From positions 1-50,284 of the forward strand of contig JANWKN010000024.1 of the NCBI GenBank assembly GCA_025451355.1: a stretch of 50,284 nt of DNA. The letters are read 5' to 3'. The notes under the pieces are model-generated. The model worked only from the letters and a program-made list of their open reading frames with translations. It searched no databases and was not told the DNA's origin. The DNA is from Pseudolabrys sp. (GTDB lineage Bacteria > Pseudomonadota > Alphaproteobacteria > Rhizobiales > Xanthobacteraceae). The position numbers were made by a program, and so were the translations under genes. Below, in pieces: positions 9,099-21,661 of this stretch (positions are counted from its first letter, which is position 1; the number at the start of each line of letters is the position of its first letter).

Positions 9099-11179
9099 CA
9101 GTGCGTCCCCGCCAAAAACATGAACCACGTAATGAAGGCGGCCGCGCCGATCAGCATGGCGAAGGCATAGTGGTAGAGATACCCGGTTTGCAGCCTCACC
9201 ACGTTGCGGGTTACGTCGAGCACGCGTGCCGAGACGCCATCAGGGCCAAAGCCGTCGATGAGCCACCCGTCGCCGCTCTTCCAGAGCAAACGGCCGAGCC
9301 ACTTGGTCGGCCTGACGAAAATCAGATCGTAAAGCTCGTCGAAATACCATTTGTTGAGCAGGAAGCGATAAAGCCAGTCATGCTGGCGCGCGAGATCGAC
9401 AGGAATATCGGGTCGACGAATATAGAAGTGCCAGGCGACCAGGAAACCGACCAGCATCATCGCCGTCGGCAGGATGCCGACATAGAGCGGCACATGATGC
9501 ATGTCCTCCAGCACGTGGTTTGATTTGGCAAAGGCCAGCGATTCACGGAAGAAGCCTTCAACCCCGCGGCCGGCGAAGATTTCCTTGAACGGTAGCCCCG
9601 CGAGCACCGAACCGGCAGCAAGAAACCCGAGCGGAATCAGCATCACCATTGGACTCTCATGCGCCTCGCGCCAGTGCTTGCGATCGTGCGGCTCGCCATG
9701 AAACGTCTTGAAGATGAGGCGCCAGGAATAGAATGAGGTGAGCAGTGCCGCCGCGACCGTGCATATGAAGCCATAGAGCGCCATCGGATTCTTGCCGACG
9801 AAGGCGGCCTCAATGATGGCGTCCTTGGAGAAATATCCAGCGGTGAGCGGGAAACCGGTCAGCGCGAGCGTGCCGACGAGCATGACGATGTAAGTGTACG
9901 GGATGCGATCCTTCAGTCCGCCCATGTTTCGGATGTCCTGCTCGTGATGCATCGCATGGATCACTGAGCCGGAGCCAAGGAACAACAGTGCCTTGAAAAA
10001 CGCGTGCGTGAAGAGATGGAACATGCCGACTGAATAGGCGCCCACCCCCATTGCGACGAACATGTAGCCGAGCTGCGAGCACGTTGAATAAGCCACGATC
10101 CGTTTGATGTCGTTCTGCACGAGACCGATGGTGGCGGCGAAGAACGCGGTGGTCGCTCCGATCAGCGTGACAAAAGTCTGTGCATTCGGGGCAAGCTCAA
10201 ACAGCGGCGATAGCCGCGCGACCATGAACACACCGGCCGTCACCATGGTGGCGGCATGGATCAGCGCCGAGACCGGCGTGGGGCCCTCCATGGCATCAGG
10301 CAGCCAGGTGTGCAGCAGGAACTGGGCCGACTTGCCCATGGCGCCCATGAACAGGAACAGGCAGGTGATCGTCAGCGCATCGGCCTGCCAGCCAAAGAAA
10401 TTGATCGTCTTGCCGGTGAGCGAGGGAGCCTGAGCAAACACCGTGTCGAAATCGATAGCGCCGGTCAGCATGAAAATGGCGAATATGCCGAGCGCAAAGC
10501 CGAAATCTCCGATACGGTTGACGATGAAGGCCTTGATCGCGGCCGCGTTTGCTTCCGGCTTGTGATACCAGAAGCCAATCAGAAGATAGCTTGCAAGGCC
10601 GACGCCCTCCCAACCGAAAAACAGTTGCACTAGGTTGTCCGCGGTCACCAGCATCAGCATGGCGAACGTAAACATCGACAGGTAGGCGAAGAATCGCGGG
10701 CGATACGGGTCTTCGTGCATGTACCCGATCGAATAGAGGTGTACGAAGGCCGACACCGTGTTGACGACGACCAGCATCACCGCGGTGAGCGTGTCGATGC
10801 GCAGAGACCAATCGACTTTGAGGTCCCCGGCCGTCATCCAGGTGAAGACCGGCACCCGCATTTCGTGATGCCCGAAGCCCACATCGACGAACGCGATCCA
10901 TGACAGGATCATGCAAATCACCAAAAGCGTAGTCGTGATCAACTCGGCCGTTCGCGAACCGGTAGCGGCAGGCTCGTGTGCGTCTTCCTCGTGATGAGAT
11001 GAATGAATGACGCCGCCATGCGCGCCAGGTCCGCCATCATGCGGACCGTGGCCTGCTGCGGTGTCTCCCGCTCCTGCAACCGGCCCTTTGCCGGGAAATC
11101 GCGCGCGCGCGCCGACAAGCGCAATCACGCCGGCAAGGATCGCCCCGAGCAGGGGCAAAAAGACGATCGCTTGATACAT
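9098..11179 (-). CDS. nuoL: NADH-quinone oxidoreductase subunit L
   Basis: [38 protein letters not shown] motifs. Confidence 0.97.
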   Translation of the reverse strand: MYQAIVFLPLLGAILAGVIALVGARARFPGKGPVAGAGDTAAGHGPHDGGPGAHGGVIHSSHHEEDAHEPAATGSRTAELITTTLLVICMILSWIAFVDVGFGHHEMRVPVFTWMTAGDLKVDWSLRIDTLTAVMLVVVNTVSAFVHLYSIGYMHEDPYRPRFFAYLSMFTFAMLMLVTADNLVQLFFGWEGVGLASYLLIGFWYHKPEANAAAIKAFIVNRIGDFGFALGIFAIFMLTGAIDFDTVFAQAPSLTGKTINFFGWQADALTITCLFLFMGAMGKSAQFLLHTWLPDAMEGPTPVSALIHAATMVTAGVFMVARLSPLFELAPNAQTFVTLIGATTAFFAATIGLVQNDIKRIVAYSTCSQLGYMFVAMGVGAYSVGMFHLFTHAFFKALLFLGSGSVIHAMHHEQDIRNMGGLKDRIPYTYIVMLVGTLALTGFPLTAGYFSKDAIIEAAFVGKNPMALYGFICTVAAALLTSFYSWRLIFKTFHGEPHDRKHWREAHESPMVMLIPLGFLAAGSVLAGLPFKEIFAGRGVEGFFRESLAFAKSNHVLEDMHHVPLYVGILPTAMMLVGFLVAWHFYIRRPDIPVDLARQHDWLYRFLLNKWYFDELYDLIFVRPTKWLGRLLWKSGDGWLIDGFGPDGVSARVLDVTRNVVRLQTGYLYHYAFAMLIGAAAFITWFMFLAGTH

Positions 11180-11186
11180 GTCGCCT

Positions 11187-11495
11187 TCAGCCCCTCATCA
11201 GATTGATGTCTTCAACTGCGATCGAGCCACGATTGCGGTAGAAAACGACAAGGATTGCGAGGCCGATGGCCGCCTCCGCCGCGGCAACGGTCAACACCAG
11301 CAGTGCGAAGATCTGTCCAACGATGTCAGCGAGATGGGTCGAGAAGGCGACCAGATTGATGTTGACCGCAAGCAGGATCAGTTCAATCGACATCAGAATG
11401 ATGATGACGTTTTTCCGGTTAAGGAAAATACCGAAAATGCCAAGCGTAAAGAGGATCGCGGCAACCGCAAGATAGTGACCAAGACCGATGGTCAT
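11187..11495 (-). CDS. nuoK: NADH-quinone oxidoreductase subunit K
   Basis: [25 protein letters not shown] motifs. Confidence 0.97.
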   Translation of the reverse strand: MTIGLGHYLAVAAILFTLGIFGIFLNRKNVIIILMSIELILLAVNINLVAFSTHLADIVGQIFALLVLTVAAAEAAIGLAILVVFYRNRGSIAVEDINLMRG

Positions 11496-12109
11496 GCGTT
11501 GCCCCCCAGTCCCTGGCCGGACCGTACTTTCACAACTTCAATCGACGCAGCGGGATTGCGTGCGACTTGCACGGCGATATTCTGCCGGCGCACGCGTTCG
11601 CGATGATGCAAGGTGAGCACAATGGCGCCGACCATCGCGACGAGCAGGATCATGCCGGCGGCCTGAAAAAAGTAGACGTAGCGGGTGTAGAGCACGAGGC
11701 CGATTGCCTCGGTATTCGGAATTGTTGTCGGTATGGGCGAGGTGATCGCCTGCGGGACGCCAGGCCCAAATGCCCAGGCACCAACGACGAGCAGTAATTC
11801 CGCGAGGAACATGCCGCCAATCAGCAGGCCGATCGGAAGATATTGCAATGCGCCCTGTTTGAGCTCGGAGAAATCGACGTCAAGCATCATGACAACGAAC
11901 AGGAAAAGCACCGCGACCGCGCCGACGTAGACCACGATCAGGATCATCGCGAGAAATTCGGCGCCCATCATCACGAAAAGGCCCGCCGCGTTGACGAACG
12001 TCAGAATGAGATAGAGGACCGAGTGCACGGGGTTTCGCGCAGCAATCACCATCACCGCGCTCGCCACGCAAATGCCCGCGAAGAGATAGAAGAACAGCGC
12101 AGCGATCAT
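11492..12109 (-). CDS. nuoJ: NADH-quinone oxidoreductase subunit J
   Basis: [24 protein letters not shown]; start MIAALFF with GAGGA upstream. Confidence 0.95.
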   Translation of the reverse strand: MIAALFFYLFAGICVASAVMVIAARNPVHSVLYLILTFVNAAGLFVMMGAEFLAMILIVVYVGAVAVLFLFVVMMLDVDFSELKQGALQYLPIGLLIGGMFLAELLLVVGAWAFGPGVPQAITSPIPTTIPNTEAIGLVLYTRYVYFFQAAGMILLVAMVGAIVLTLHHRERVRRQNIAVQVARNPAASIEVVKVRSGQGLGGNA

Positions 12110-12173
12110 ACGCGGTCCTCCGCGCAAGCGCGGCCATGATGGCACAAAAGGTGACGAGATCTTTCCATCGCCA

Positions 12174-12662
12174 TCACCGATACGGCGCGTCGAGCGCGAT
12201 GTTCTTAGCGATCTCGCGCTCCCAGCGATCGCCGTTCGCGAGCAGGCGCTCTTTGTCGTAATAGAGTTCCTCGCGCGTTTCTGTGGCGAATTCGAAATTC
12301 GGGCCCTCGACAATAGCGTCGACCGGACAGGCTTCCTGGCAAAGGCCGCAATAGATGCACTTCACCATGTCGATATCATAGCGCGTGGTGCGACGCGTGC
12401 CGTCATTGCGTCGCGGACCCGCTTCAATGGTGATCGCCTGCGCGGGGCAAATCGCTTCGCAAAGCTTGCAAGCGATGCAACGCTCCTCGCCATTCGGATA
12501 GCGGCGTAACGCATGCTCGCCACGGAAGCGCGGCGAGATAGGACCTTTCTCGAACGGATAGTTGAGCGTCGCCTTCGGCTTGAAGAAGTAGCGCATGGCC
12601 AGCACAAAGCCGGTCAGGAACTCCATCAAAAACAGGCCCTTGGCTGCGCGATCGAGTCTCAT
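12174..12662 (-). CDS. nuoI: NADH-quinone oxidoreductase subunit I
   Basis: Two CxxCxxCxxxCP ferredoxin motifs; [11 protein letters not shown]. Confidence 0.97.
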   Translation of the reverse strand: MRLDRAAKGLFLMEFLTGFVLAMRYFFKPKATLNYPFEKGPISPRFRGEHALRRYPNGEERCIACKLCEAICPAQAITIEAGPRRNDGTRRTTRYDIDMVKCIYCGLCQEACPVDAIVEGPNFEFATETREELYYDKERLLANGDRWEREIAKNIALDAPYR

Positions 12663-12669
12663 CGCACCC

Positions 12670-13701
12670 TCATTTGACCGCGCTGGTTACCAGCGCGCCG
12701 TATTGAATAACGCCGGCGACGATCGCCACCATGGCAAGCGACAACGGAAGGAAAACCTTCCAGCCAAGCCGCATCAGCTGATCGTAGCGATAGCGTGGAA
12801 CTATGGCCTTGGCCATGGCGAACAGGAAGAACATGAACAGCGCCTTGAGCGTGAACCAGATCACGCCGGGCACCCAGGTGAAAGGCGGGTATGGCACGGG
12901 TGACAGCCATCCACCCAGGAACAAGATGGTCGCCATGGCGCACATGGTTCCAATTGCCACGTACTCACCAAGCATGAACATCATATAGGGCGTCGAGCCG
13001 TACTCGACCATGAAGCCGGCAACCAGTTCCGATTCCGCTTCGACAAGATCGAACGGCGGCCGGTTCGTCTCGGCCAGCGCGGAGATGAAAAATACGACGA
13101 ACATCGGAAACAGCGGTAACCAGTACCAACTCAATAGTCCGTATTTTCCGTCCTGCGCCGCGACGATGGCACTCAAATTCAATGATCCGGCGCAGAGCAG
13201 AACCGTGATGATCACAAAGCCGATTGAGACTTCGTAGGACACCATCTGCGCCGCCGAACGCAATGCGGCAAGAAACGGATATTTCGAGTTCGATGCCCAG
13301 CCGGCCATGATCACGCCGTAGACCATCAGCGAGGAGATCGCGAAAATGTAGAGCACCCCGACGTTGATGTTCGCGATCACCCAATTCTTATTGACCGGGA
13401 TCACGGCCCAGGCAGCGAGCGCGAGTACACAGGTCACCAGCGGCGCCAGCAGAAAAACACCCTTGTTGGCGCCAGCGGGAATGACCGGCTCTTTGACGAC
13501 GAACTTCAGCAAGTCGGCGAACGACTGAAAAAGTCCCCACGGCCCAACAACGTTCGGCCCGCGCCTGATCTGTACCGCCGCCCAGATCTTGCGGTCGGCA
13601 AGAAGTATGTAGGCGATCGCGATCAGCAGGATGACGAGCAGCAGCACCGATTGCGCCACGATGACAGTCAAAGGCCAGATGTAGGTCCAGAAGAAGTCCA
13701 T
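12670..13701 (-). CDS. nuoH: NADH-quinone oxidoreductase subunit H
   Basis: [34 protein letters not shown]; start MDFFW. Confidence 0.96.
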   Translation of the reverse strand: MDFFWTYIWPLTVIVAQSVLLLVILLIAIAYILLADRKIWAAVQIRRGPNVVGPWGLFQSFADLLKFVVKEPVIPAGANKGVFLLAPLVTCVLALAAWAVIPVNKNWVIANINVGVLYIFAISSLMVYGVIMAGWASNSKYPFLAALRSAAQMVSYEVSIGFVIITVLLCAGSLNLSAIVAAQDGKYGLLSWYWLPLFPMFVVFFISALAETNRPPFDLVEAESELVAGFMVEYGSTPYMMFMLGEYVAIGTMCAMATILFLGGWLSPVPYPPFTWVPGVIWFTLKALFMFFLFAMAKAIVPRYRYDQLMRLGWKVFLPLSLAMVAIVAGVIQYGALVTSAVK

Positions 13702-13705
13702 CGCC

Positions 13706-15766
13706 CTACTCCGCGGCAGTTCTAGCCGCCGCGTGGGCCAGGGCCGAACATTCGGCCATGATTGCGGAAGCACGGGTGATGGCGTTGGTGAAATAGAAAT
13801 CGCTCACGCATGAGCGCAGCGGTGCCTTGTCATGGTGGCCGCCGAGCTTTGCAAGCTTACTGATATCGGATGCATCGCCCGGGGTAACTTGTCCAATGCG
13901 CGACAGATGCGGATGGGCGGCATACAGCGCCTGACGCAGGGCGCCGAGCGAATCGTATGGAAGTCTTTGTCCGAGCGTCTCGGAAAGGGCCCGGAGGATG
14001 GCCCAATCCTCGCGAGCATCACCCGGCGGAAATGCTGCGCGGCTCGCCATCTGAGCGCGACCTTCGGTGTTCACATAAGTTACGGATTTTTCTGGATAGG
14101 CGGCGCCCGGCAAAATCACATCGGCACGGTGGGCGCCGCGGTCGCCATGCGTGCCGATATAGACGACGAAGCCGCCCGCAGGCACCTCCACTTCATCGAC
14201 ACCAAGCAGAAACAGCACATCGAGTTCACCGGCCTTGAGCATGGCCGCCGTGTTCATGCCGCCTTCTTCCGGCACAAAGCCGATATCGAGCGCTCCGGGA
14301 AGCGCCGCCTCACTGTGCAGGATGTTGAAGCCGTTCCAGCCATCCTTGACGACGCCGAGCGAGGCCGCTGCTTTCGCCGCCATGGCGAGTACGGCCGCGC
14401 CGTCCGGCCGGTTAAGCGCGCCCTGCCCAATAATGAACATCGGCTTTTCTTTTTGCGCCGGGGCGTGTTCGACAAACTGCGCAAGTGTTTCCGGGCCGGC
14501 GCCGAGATAGTTGTAGGGGTACGAAAGATCGGCTTTTTCGCCGACGACACTGATCAGGACATTACCTTTGAGGTAGCGCTTGCGAATACGAGCGTTGAGC
14601 ACCGCCGCCTCGCGCCGCGGATTTGATCCGATCAACATTATCGCATCCGCGTCGTCGATCCCCGCGATCGCGGAATTGAACAGATAACTCGCTCGCCCGA
14701 ACTTCGTGTGAAGCGGCGACCCGGGATAGCGCGCGTCGATATTTTTGGACCCAAGCTTTGCCATCAGCGACTTGAGCGCGAACATCTCTTCGACCCCGGC
14801 CATTTGTCCGGCCAAAGCGCCTATGCGCTTGCCACTGCTGGATCTCACCTTGCTGGCAATCGTAGCGAAGGCTTCTTTCCACGACACCGGCTGGAGACGG
14901 CCGGCGACGCGGACATAGGGCTGATCGAGGCGCTGCGTGCGGAACCCGTCGACGACGTGACGGGTCTTGTCGGAAATCCACTCCTCATTCACGTCCTCAT
15001 TGACGCGCGGGAGAATCCGCATCACTTCGCGGCCGCGTGTGTCGATGCGAATTGCCGATCCCACCGCGTCCATGACGTCGACCGATTGGGTTTTGTTGAG
15101 CTCCCAAGGGCGCGCCGCAAATGCGTAGGGTTTGGAGGTCAGCGCGCCAACCGGACAAAGATCGACCACGTTGCTTTGCAACTCGGACGTCATTGCATGT
15201 TCGAGATAGGTGGTGATCTCCATATCCTCGCCGCGGCCGATCGCACCGAGTTCCGGGACACCAGCGACTTCCGTCGTAAATCGAATACAGCGCGTGCAGT
15301 GGATGCAGCGCGTCATGATCGTCTTGACCAGAGGACCAATGTATTTGTCTTCGACCGCGCGTTTGTTTTCCCGATAACGGCCGGCGTCGACGCCGTAGGC
15401 CATGGCCTGGTCCTGGAGATCACATTCCCCGCCCTGATCGCAAATCGGACAATCGAGCGGATGATTGATCAGCAGGAACTCCATCACCCCTTCGCGCGCC
15501 TTTTTCACCATTGCCGACTTGGTGTTGAGGATTTTCGGGGACCCGTCCTTGTTGGGCGGCAAGTCCTTGACGCCCATCGCGCAAGACGCCTGCGGTTTCG
15601 GAATTCCGACGACCTCGATCAGGCACATCCGACAGTTTCCGGCGATCGACAGCCGCTCGTGGAAGCAAAAGCGCGGGATTTCGGCACCCGCGGCTTCGCA
15701 AGCCTGGAGCAAAGTGTACTCCGGCGGAACGTCGATCTCTTTGCCGTCGACGATAGCCTTTGTCAT
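13706..15766 (-). CDS. nuoG: NADH-quinone oxidoreductase subunit G
   Basis: [49 protein letters not shown] motifs. Confidence 0.97.
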   Translation of the reverse strand: MTKAIVDGKEIDVPPEYTLLQACEAAGAEIPRFCFHERLSIAGNCRMCLIEVVGIPKPQASCAMGVKDLPPNKDGSPKILNTKSAMVKKAREGVMEFLLINHPLDCPICDQGGECDLQDQAMAYGVDAGRYRENKRAVEDKYIGPLVKTIMTRCIHCTRCIRFTTEVAGVPELGAIGRGEDMEITTYLEHAMTSELQSNVVDLCPVGALTSKPYAFAARPWELNKTQSVDVMDAVGSAIRIDTRGREVMRILPRVNEDVNEEWISDKTRHVVDGFRTQRLDQPYVRVAGRLQPVSWKEAFATIASKVRSSSGKRIGALAGQMAGVEEMFALKSLMAKLGSKNIDARYPGSPLHTKFGRASYLFNSAIAGIDDADAIMLIGSNPRREAAVLNARIRKRYLKGNVLISVVGEKADLSYPYNYLGAGPETLAQFVEHAPAQKEKPMFIIGQGALNRPDGAAVLAMAAKAAASLGVVKDGWNGFNILHSEAALPGALDIGFVPEEGGMNTAAMLKAGELDVLFLLGVDEVEVPAGGFVVYIGTHGDRGAHRADVILPGAAYPEKSVTYVNTEGRAQMASRAAFPPGDAREDWAILRALSETLGQRLPYDSLGALRQALYAAHPHLSRIGQVTPGDASDISKLAKLGGHHDKAPLRSCVSDFYFTNAITRASAIMAECSALAHAAARTAAE

Positions 15767-16260
15767 GCCGCGTGCTCGTTAAGTCGATTGCGTCGCGCCG
15801 TTTTCCATAGTCTCGCACCGGAGACATCCTGCCAGCTAAACGCATAGTCGCTCGGTCCATGCGCAATCAGATGGTCGAGGTGCGCGACACCTTCCGCCAT
15901 GCCGGGACGGTGGCCCGCGGGAATCCACCACAACACGAGCGTAGTCTTGATCGGCGCAAACCATTCCTCACGCCTTGCGTAGAAACGCTGATGCAGCGTC
16001 TGCCAGACGAAGCGCTTGAGCGCTTCGACTGTCTCCCACACCGTTAGGTTCGGCAGGATGGCCGGGTCGTCATACACGCGGATGTTCATGGCATGACCGC
16101 ATTCGTCCTGCAGCCGCCACACGAAGCCGGGAATCTTATCGGCAAGTCCGTTCACCCGATCGACGTTTTCGACGAACTCGCGCATGCGCGGATCATCGAG
16201 CGGATAGCAAATCCGCGCGATATTGAACTGGGCCAGATGATGACGGGGCGGTTGTAGCAT
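15763..16260 (-). CDS. DUF3291 domain protein inside the nuo operon
   Basis: HLAQFNIA, PLDDP, PGFVWRL, NLTVWE, RREEWF, LWWIPAGHRP, HGPS..AF motifs. Confidence 0.85.
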   Translation of the reverse strand: MLQPPRHHLAQFNIARICYPLDDPRMREFVENVDRVNGLADKIPGFVWRLQDECGHAMNIRVYDDPAILPNLTVWETVEALKRFVWQTLHQRFYARREEWFAPIKTTLVLWWIPAGHRPGMAEGVAHLDHLIAHGPSDYAFSWQDVSGARLWKTARRNRLNEHAA

Positions 16261-16263
16261 GTC

Positions 16264-17574
16264 CTACTCCGCCGCCTCGCGTGCCGCACCCTGCGCTTCC
16301 GCATTGCGCGTGTGCTCGTCGATGCGTCGCTCGATCTCGGGTCGGAAGTGCCGCAGCAGACCTTGTACAGGCCAGGCAGCGCCGTCGCCAAAGGCGCAAA
16401 TCGTGTGACCTTCGATCTGTTGGGTCACCTGCATCAGCATGTCGATCTCGCGCTTTTGCGCGCGACCCTCGGCCATGCGGGTCAACACGCGCCACATCCA
16501 GCCCATGCCTTCGCGGCACGGCGTGCACTGGCCGCAGCTTTCGTGCTTGTAGAAGTACGAGATGCGAGCCATCGCACGAACGATGTCGGTCGACTTGTCC
16601 ATCACAATGACCGCAGCCGTGCCGAGTGCGGACTTCTTGTCGCGGCAACCGTCGAAATCCATGAGAAGCGTGTCGGCCTGATCTTTCCCGGCGGGAACGA
16701 GGGGCATTGACGAGCCCCCAGGGATGACCGCGAGCAGGTTGTCCCAGCCGCCGCGCACGCCGCCGGCATGCGTTTCCAAAAGCTCGCGCAGCGGAATGCC
16801 CATGGCTTCTTCGACGTTGCACGGCTTTTCCACGTGACCGGAAATGCAGAAGAGCTTGGTGCCGCTGTTGTTCGGACGACCGATGCCGGCAAACCAAGTG
16901 GCGCCGCGCCGCAGGATGTCCGGGACGACAGCGATGGATTCGACGTTGTTCACGGTCGTCGGACAACCATAGAGTCCGACGTTCGCCGGGAAAGGCGGCT
17001 TCAGCCTTGGCTGGCCTTTTTTGCCTTCCAGGCTTTCAAGCAGCGCGGTTTCCTCGCCGCAGATATAAGCGCCGGCGCCGTGGTGAACGTAGAGATCGAA
17101 ATCCCAGCCATTCACATTGTTCTTGCCGAGAAGTTTCGCCTCGTAGGCCTCATCGATTGCCGCCTGCAAGCGCTCACGTTCGCGGACAAACTCGCCGCGC
17201 ACATAGATGTAGCCGGTGCTGGCGCCCATGGCGAAGCCGGCGATCAGGCATCCCTCGACCAGCAGATGCGGATCGTGCCGCATGATTTCGCGGTCCTTGC
17301 AGGTTCCAGGCTCGGATTCGTCGGCGTTCACCACGAGGTATTGCGGTCGTCCGTCCGACTTCTTCGGCATGAACGACCACTTCAGGCCAGTGGGGAAGCC
17401 GGCACCGCCGCGCCCCCGCAGACCTGATGTCTTCACCTCTTCAATGATCGCGTCGCGACCCTTCGCCAAAATCTCTTTGGTACCGTCCCAGGCTCCGCGC
17501 GCACGCGCGCCTTTCAGGCCCCAGTCGTGCTGGCCGTAGAGATTGCGAAAGATGCGGTCCTTGTCAGCCAGCAT
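16264..17574 (-). CDS. nuoF: NADH-quinone oxidoreductase subunit F
   Basis: [50 protein letters not shown] motifs. Confidence 0.97.
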   Translation of the reverse strand: MLADKDRIFRNLYGQHDWGLKGARARGAWDGTKEILAKGRDAIIEEVKTSGLRGRGGAGFPTGLKWSFMPKKSDGRPQYLVVNADESEPGTCKDREIMRHDPHLLVEGCLIAGFAMGASTGYIYVRGEFVRERERLQAAIDEAYEAKLLGKNNVNGWDFDLYVHHGAGAYICGEETALLESLEGKKGQPRLKPPFPANVGLYGCPTTVNNVESIAVVPDILRRGATWFAGIGRPNNSGTKLFCISGHVEKPCNVEEAMGIPLRELLETHAGGVRGGWDNLLAVIPGGSSMPLVPAGKDQADTLLMDFDGCRDKKSALGTAAVIVMDKSTDIVRAMARISYFYKHESCGQCTPCREGMGWMWRVLTRMAEGRAQKREIDMLMQVTQQIEGHTICAFGDGAAWPVQGLLRHFRPEIERRIDEHTRNAEAQGAAREAAE

Positions 17575-17577
17575 GAC

Positions 17578-18183
17578 TCACGCCTTTTCCTTGAGCGTGG
17601 TCGCACCGCCAACGGGCGCCGACAATTGTCGATCGATCTGCGGGCCTGGCTTTACCTTTTTGCCTGCCGCGAGATTGTCGAGAATCTTGCCGAAGCTCTC
17701 GGAAGTGAGATCTTCGTAATAGTCGTAGTTGATCTGCGCCATTGGTGCGTTGACGCAAGCGCCAAGGCACTCGACCTCGACCCACGAAAACTTGCCATCC
17801 TTGGTCACTTCGCCCTGGTCGCCGATACGTTTGCGACAGACCTTTTCCAGGTCATCGGCGCCGCGCAGCCGGCACGGCGTCGTCCCGCAAAGCTGAACCT
17901 GGAATTTTCCGACCGGCCAGAGATTGAACATCGTGTAGAACGTCGCGACTTCCAGGGCGCGGATGTGCGCCATACCGAGGAAATCAGAGACGTGGCGGAT
18001 CGCCGCCTCCGGCAACCAGCCACCATGCTGTTCCTGTGCGCGCCAGAGCAGCGGAATGATCGCCGACTGCTGGCGGCCTTCCGGATATTTGGTGATTTCC
18101 TTCTTCGCCCAAGCGAGGTTGTCCTTGCTGAAGGAAAAATCCTTCGGCTGCATTTCAGGCGGAGCGAGACGGCGAACGCTCAT
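17578..18183 (-). CDS. nuoE: NADH-quinone oxidoreductase subunit E
   Basis: EVATFY.MF, CGTTPC, ECLGAC.NAP; start MSVRRLA overlaps the nuoD stop. Confidence 0.96.
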   Translation of the reverse strand: MSVRRLAPPEMQPKDFSFSKDNLAWAKKEITKYPEGRQQSAIIPLLWRAQEQHGGWLPEAAIRHVSDFLGMAHIRALEVATFYTMFNLWPVGKFQVQLCGTTPCRLRGADDLEKVCRKRIGDQGEVTKDGKFSWVEVECLGACVNAPMAQINYDYYEDLTSESFGKILDNLAAGKKVKPGPQIDRQLSAPVGGATTLKEKA

Positions 18184-19370
18184 CGGTCCACCTCCCCGAA
18201 CACAATGTCGATCGAGCCGAGAATGGCAGACACGTCCGCGAGCAAGTGGCCGCGGCAGAGGAAATCCATAGCCTGCAAATGCGCGAACCCGGGTGCACGA
18301 ATCTTGCACTTGTACGGCTTGTTGGTACCGTCAGCGACTAGATAGACGCCGAACTCGCCCTTCGGCGCTTCGACGGCCGCGTAAACCTCGCCGGCCGGCA
18401 CATGATAGCCTTCGGTGTAAAGTTTGAAGTGATGGATGAGAGCTTCCATCGAACGCTTCATCTCGCCACGCTTGGGCGGCACGACTTTGTTGTCGTCGAC
18501 CGTGACCGGACCCTGCCCCGCGGGGGAACGCAATTTTTCCAGGCACTGCTTCATGATCCGCGTCGACTGGCGCATTTCTTCCATGCGGATCAGATAGCGG
18601 TCGAAACAGTCGCCGTTCTTTCCTATCGGAATGTCGAAATCGAACTCCGAATAGCACTCGTACGGCTGCGCCTTGCGCAAATCCCAGGCAGCGCCAGAGC
18701 CGCGCACCATCACGCCTGAGAATCCCCAATTCCACGCGTCGGATAGTTGCACGACGCCGATGTCGACGTTGCGTTGCTTGAAGATGCGGTTGCCGGTGAG
18801 CAGGGAGTCGAGGTCATCGACCACTTTCAGAAATGGACCGCAAAACGCATAGATATCGTCGATCAACTTCGCCGGCAGGTCCTGATGCACACCGCCGGGG
18901 CGGAAGTAGGCCGCATGCATGCGCGAACCCGATGCGCGTTCGTAGAACACCATCAGTTTCTCGCGCTCTTCGAATCCCCACAGAGGTGGCGTAAGCGCGC
19001 CGACATCCATCGCCTGTGTGGTGACGTTGAGCAGATGTGACAGCAAGCGGCCGATTTCCGAATACAGGACGCGGATCAATTGTGCGCGCTTGGGCACCTG
19101 AAGACCCAGCATTCTCTCGACCGCGAGGCAGAAGGCGTGCTCCTGATTCATCGGCGCGACATAGTCAAGCCGATCGAAATAGGGCACGGCCTGCAGATAG
19201 GTCTTGTGCTCGATCAGTTTTTCGGTGCCGCGATGGAGCAGTCCGATATGAGGGTCCACACGTTCGACGACTTCGCCGTCAAGCTCAAGCACGAGACGCA
19301 GAACGCCGTGTGCCGCCGGGTGCTGCGGCCCGAAGTTGATGGTGAAGTTGCGTACTGCAGTTTCGGCCAT
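18180..19370 (-). CDS. nuoD: NADH-quinone oxidoreductase subunit D
   Basis: [26 protein letters not shown]-terminal GEVDR. Confidence 0.97.
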   Translation of the reverse strand: MAETAVRNFTINFGPQHPAAHGVLRLVLELDGEVVERVDPHIGLLHRGTEKLIEHKTYLQAVPYFDRLDYVAPMNQEHAFCLAVERMLGLQVPKRAQLIRVLYSEIGRLLSHLLNVTTQAMDVGALTPPLWGFEEREKLMVFYERASGSRMHAAYFRPGGVHQDLPAKLIDDIYAFCGPFLKVVDDLDSLLTGNRIFKQRNVDIGVVQLSDAWNWGFSGVMVRGSGAAWDLRKAQPYECYSEFDFDIPIGKNGDCFDRYLIRMEEMRQSTRIMKQCLEKLRSPAGQGPVTVDDNKVVPPKRGEMKRSMEALIHHFKLYTEGYHVPAGEVYAAVEAPKGEFGVYLVADGTNKPYKCKIRAPGFAHLQAMDFLCRGHLLADVSAILGSIDIVFGEVDR

Positions 19371-19804
19371 CAGTTCACCGGCTCCGCTGCAGCTTTCGCC
19401 TTCTCGGCGACCTTCGCGTTGAAACGGTCCCAGCTCACGGTGACGCGCTCGTGACGCCCCTCCCCGATCAGATCCATGCCGTCATGGGCGCTGACCTTGA
19501 AGACGATTTTGCGGCCCTGGACCTCGATCACTTCAACGTCGACTTTGACCGTCATTCCAGGCGGCGTCGCCGCCAGGTGCGAGACATCGACATGAGCGCC
19601 GAGACTGCCCTCGCCGGCCTCAAGGTGCCCGGCGAGGAGCTGAGTGCAAGTCCATTCCATCAGCACAATCATGAACCCTGTCGCGAAGACTTTCGGCATT
19701 TGCGCAATGATCGGCGATTCAGGAAAGGTGTACGGCACGGTCTTGTTTTCCGGCACCGTGTAGGAGAACGAGTGCTTGAGGCCAGGCTTGAGTGTCGGCT
19801 TCAT
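19370..19804 (-). CDS. Hotdog-fold thioesterase of the fluoroacetyl-CoA thioesterase (FlK) type, inside the nuo operon
   Basis: [34 protein letters not shown]; Thr/Glu/His triad positions present. Confidence 0.87.
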   Translation of the reverse strand: MKPTLKPGLKHSFSYTVPENKTVPYTFPESPIIAQMPKVFATGFMIVLMEWTCTQLLAGHLEAGEGSLGAHVDVSHLAATPPGMTVKVDVEVIEVQGRKIVFKVSAHDGMDLIGEGRHERVTVSWDRFNAKVAEKAKAAAEPVN

Positions 19805-19806
19805 GC

Positions 19807-20424
19807 TCAGGATCCCTTGCCTTCCGTCTTCGCCTTCTCGTCGCCGGGCAACACATAATCAGTGCCTTCCCATGGCGACAGGAAATCGAAGCTGCGGAAC
19901 TCCTGCGCCAGGGTCACCTTGTCGTAGACCACGCGCTTCTGCTCGTCGTCCCAGCGCACTTCAACAAATCCGGTAAGGGGAAAATCCTTGCGCAGCGGAT
20001 GCCCCTCGAACCCGTAGTCGGTAAGGAGCCGGCGCATATCCGGGTGGCCGGTGAACAGCACGCCGTAGAGATCGTACGTTTCGCGCTCGAACCAGTCCGC
20101 GCCACGGAACACATTGATCAGCGACGCCACTGGCGTCGTTTCATCCGTCATAATTTTAAGTCGCACGCGTTGGTTAAAGCGCGGTGACAGGAAATGATAA
20201 ACGACGTCAAAACGCTGCTCGCGTGACGGCCAATCTACTGCGGTAATGTCAATGATATTGATGAACTGGCAGGCCGGGTCGTCGCGGAGAAATGTCGCGA
20301 CTTTGATGACATCGGTCGCCTGCGCGTCGACGGTCAGTTCACCTCGTGCAACCGCATAGCCAGTGACCGAACCACCGAGGGCGTTCTTGATCGTTTGCCC
20401 AAGTTTGTCGAGCGTGTCGTCCAT
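19807..20424 (-). CDS. nuoC: NADH-quinone oxidoreductase subunit C
   Basis: [34 protein letters not shown] motif. Confidence 0.96.
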   Translation of the reverse strand: MDDTLDKLGQTIKNALGGSVTGYAVARGELTVDAQATDVIKVATFLRDDPACQFINIIDITAVDWPSREQRFDVVYHFLSPRFNQRVRLKIMTDETTPVASLINVFRGADWFERETYDLYGVLFTGHPDMRRLLTDYGFEGHPLRKDFPLTGFVEVRWDDEQKRVVYDKVTLAQEFRSFDFLSPWEGTDYVLPGDEKAKTEGKGS

Positions 20425-20437
20425 TTCCTGGCTCCGC

Positions 20438-20998
20438 TCAGCGCTCGATCGTGCCGGTACGGCGAATCTTTTTCTGCAAGAGCATCACGCCATAAAGCAA
20501 CGCCTCCGCGGTCGGCGGACAGCCGGGCACATAGATATCGACCGGTACGATGCGGTCGCACCCGCGAACGACCGAATAAGAATAGTGATAGTAGCCGCCG
20601 CCATTGGCGCACGATCCCATGGAGATCACGTAGCGCGGTTCCGGCATCTGGTCGTAGACCTTGCGTAGGGCGGGCGCCATCTTGTTGGTCAACGTGCCGG
20701 CGACGATCATGACGTCCGACTGACGCGGCGAAGCTCGCGGCGCAAAGCCGAAGCGTTCCGCATCATAGCGTGGCATCGACATCTGCATCATCTCGACCGC
20801 GCAGCATGCAAGGCCGAATGTCATCCACATCAACGATCCGGTGCGCGCCCAGGTAATCAGGTCGTCGGCGGCCGCGACCAGAAAGCCTTTGTCGGAAAGT
20901 TCGGCTGTTACGCCCGTGAAAAACGAGTCGTCCGCTCCAACCGGCTTTCCGGTGCGCGGATCGAGGATCCCCCTTGGGGCGGGTGCGACAACGGTCAT
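20438..20998 (-). CDS. nuoB: NADH-quinone oxidoreductase subunit B
   Basis: [26 protein letters not shown]; start placed at MTVVAP (uncertain). Confidence 0.95.
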   Translation of the reverse strand: MTVVAPAPRGILDPRTGKPVGADDSFFTGVTAELSDKGFLVAAADDLITWARTGSLMWMTFGLACCAVEMMQMSMPRYDAERFGFAPRASPRQSDVMIVAGTLTNKMAPALRKVYDQMPEPRYVISMGSCANGGGYYHYSYSVVRGCDRIVPVDIYVPGCPPTAEALLYGVMLLQKKIRRTGTIER

Positions 20999-21005
20999 GG
21001 GCTCT

Positions 21006-21371
21006 TCAATCCCATTCCAGCGCCCCCTTCTTCCACTCATATATGAAGCCAATGGTGAGAACGCCAAGGAACAGGATCATCGACCAGAAGCCAAATAGCC
21101 CTATTTTCCGGAAGACCACCGCCCAAGGGAACAGGAAGCTCACTTCAAGATCGAAGATGATGAAGAGAATCGCGACGAGATAGAAACGAACGTCGAATTT
21201 CATCCGGGCATCATCAAAGGCATTAAATCCGCACTCGTAGGCGGAAAGCTTTTCCGGGTCCGGCTGCTTATAGGCGACGATGAAGGGGGCAATCAGCAAC
21301 GCCAAGCCGATGGCCAGCGCGACCGTGATGAAAACGACCAACGGCAGATAATCAAGCAGCAATGCGCTCAT
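21006..21371 (-). CDS. nuoA: NADH-quinone oxidoreductase subunit A
   Basis: [27 protein letters not shown]; GAGG SD upstream of MSALL. Confidence 0.96.
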   Translation of the reverse strand: MSALLLDYLPLVVFITVALAIGLALLIAPFIVAYKQPDPEKLSAYECGFNAFDDARMKFDVRFYLVAILFIIFDLEVSFLFPWAVVFRKIGLFGFWSMILFLGVLTIGFIYEWKKGALEWD

Positions 21372-21661
21372 CGCGACCTCAAGCGTGCAGCCCCGCCTTA
21401 CTGATATACGCCCGCCCGGACCGCTCGGCGGCCCGAAAAGGCGCCGGTATCCCGCACAAATAGGCTGTTGCTTGTTTGGAATAGCCTCAAGGCGGGAGCG
21501 GCCGAGGCTTAGCGCAGCGCACAAGGGGTGGCAAGCCGACATTGGTCGGCATCCACGAGCGATCATGTCCAAAATTGCAAAGACGCCGGCCGCGTGATTG
21601 ATAGTGGCAATAGCCCTTACAGCTGGCGCCCACCCGGGCGGCCCTACAACGGAAATAATGC

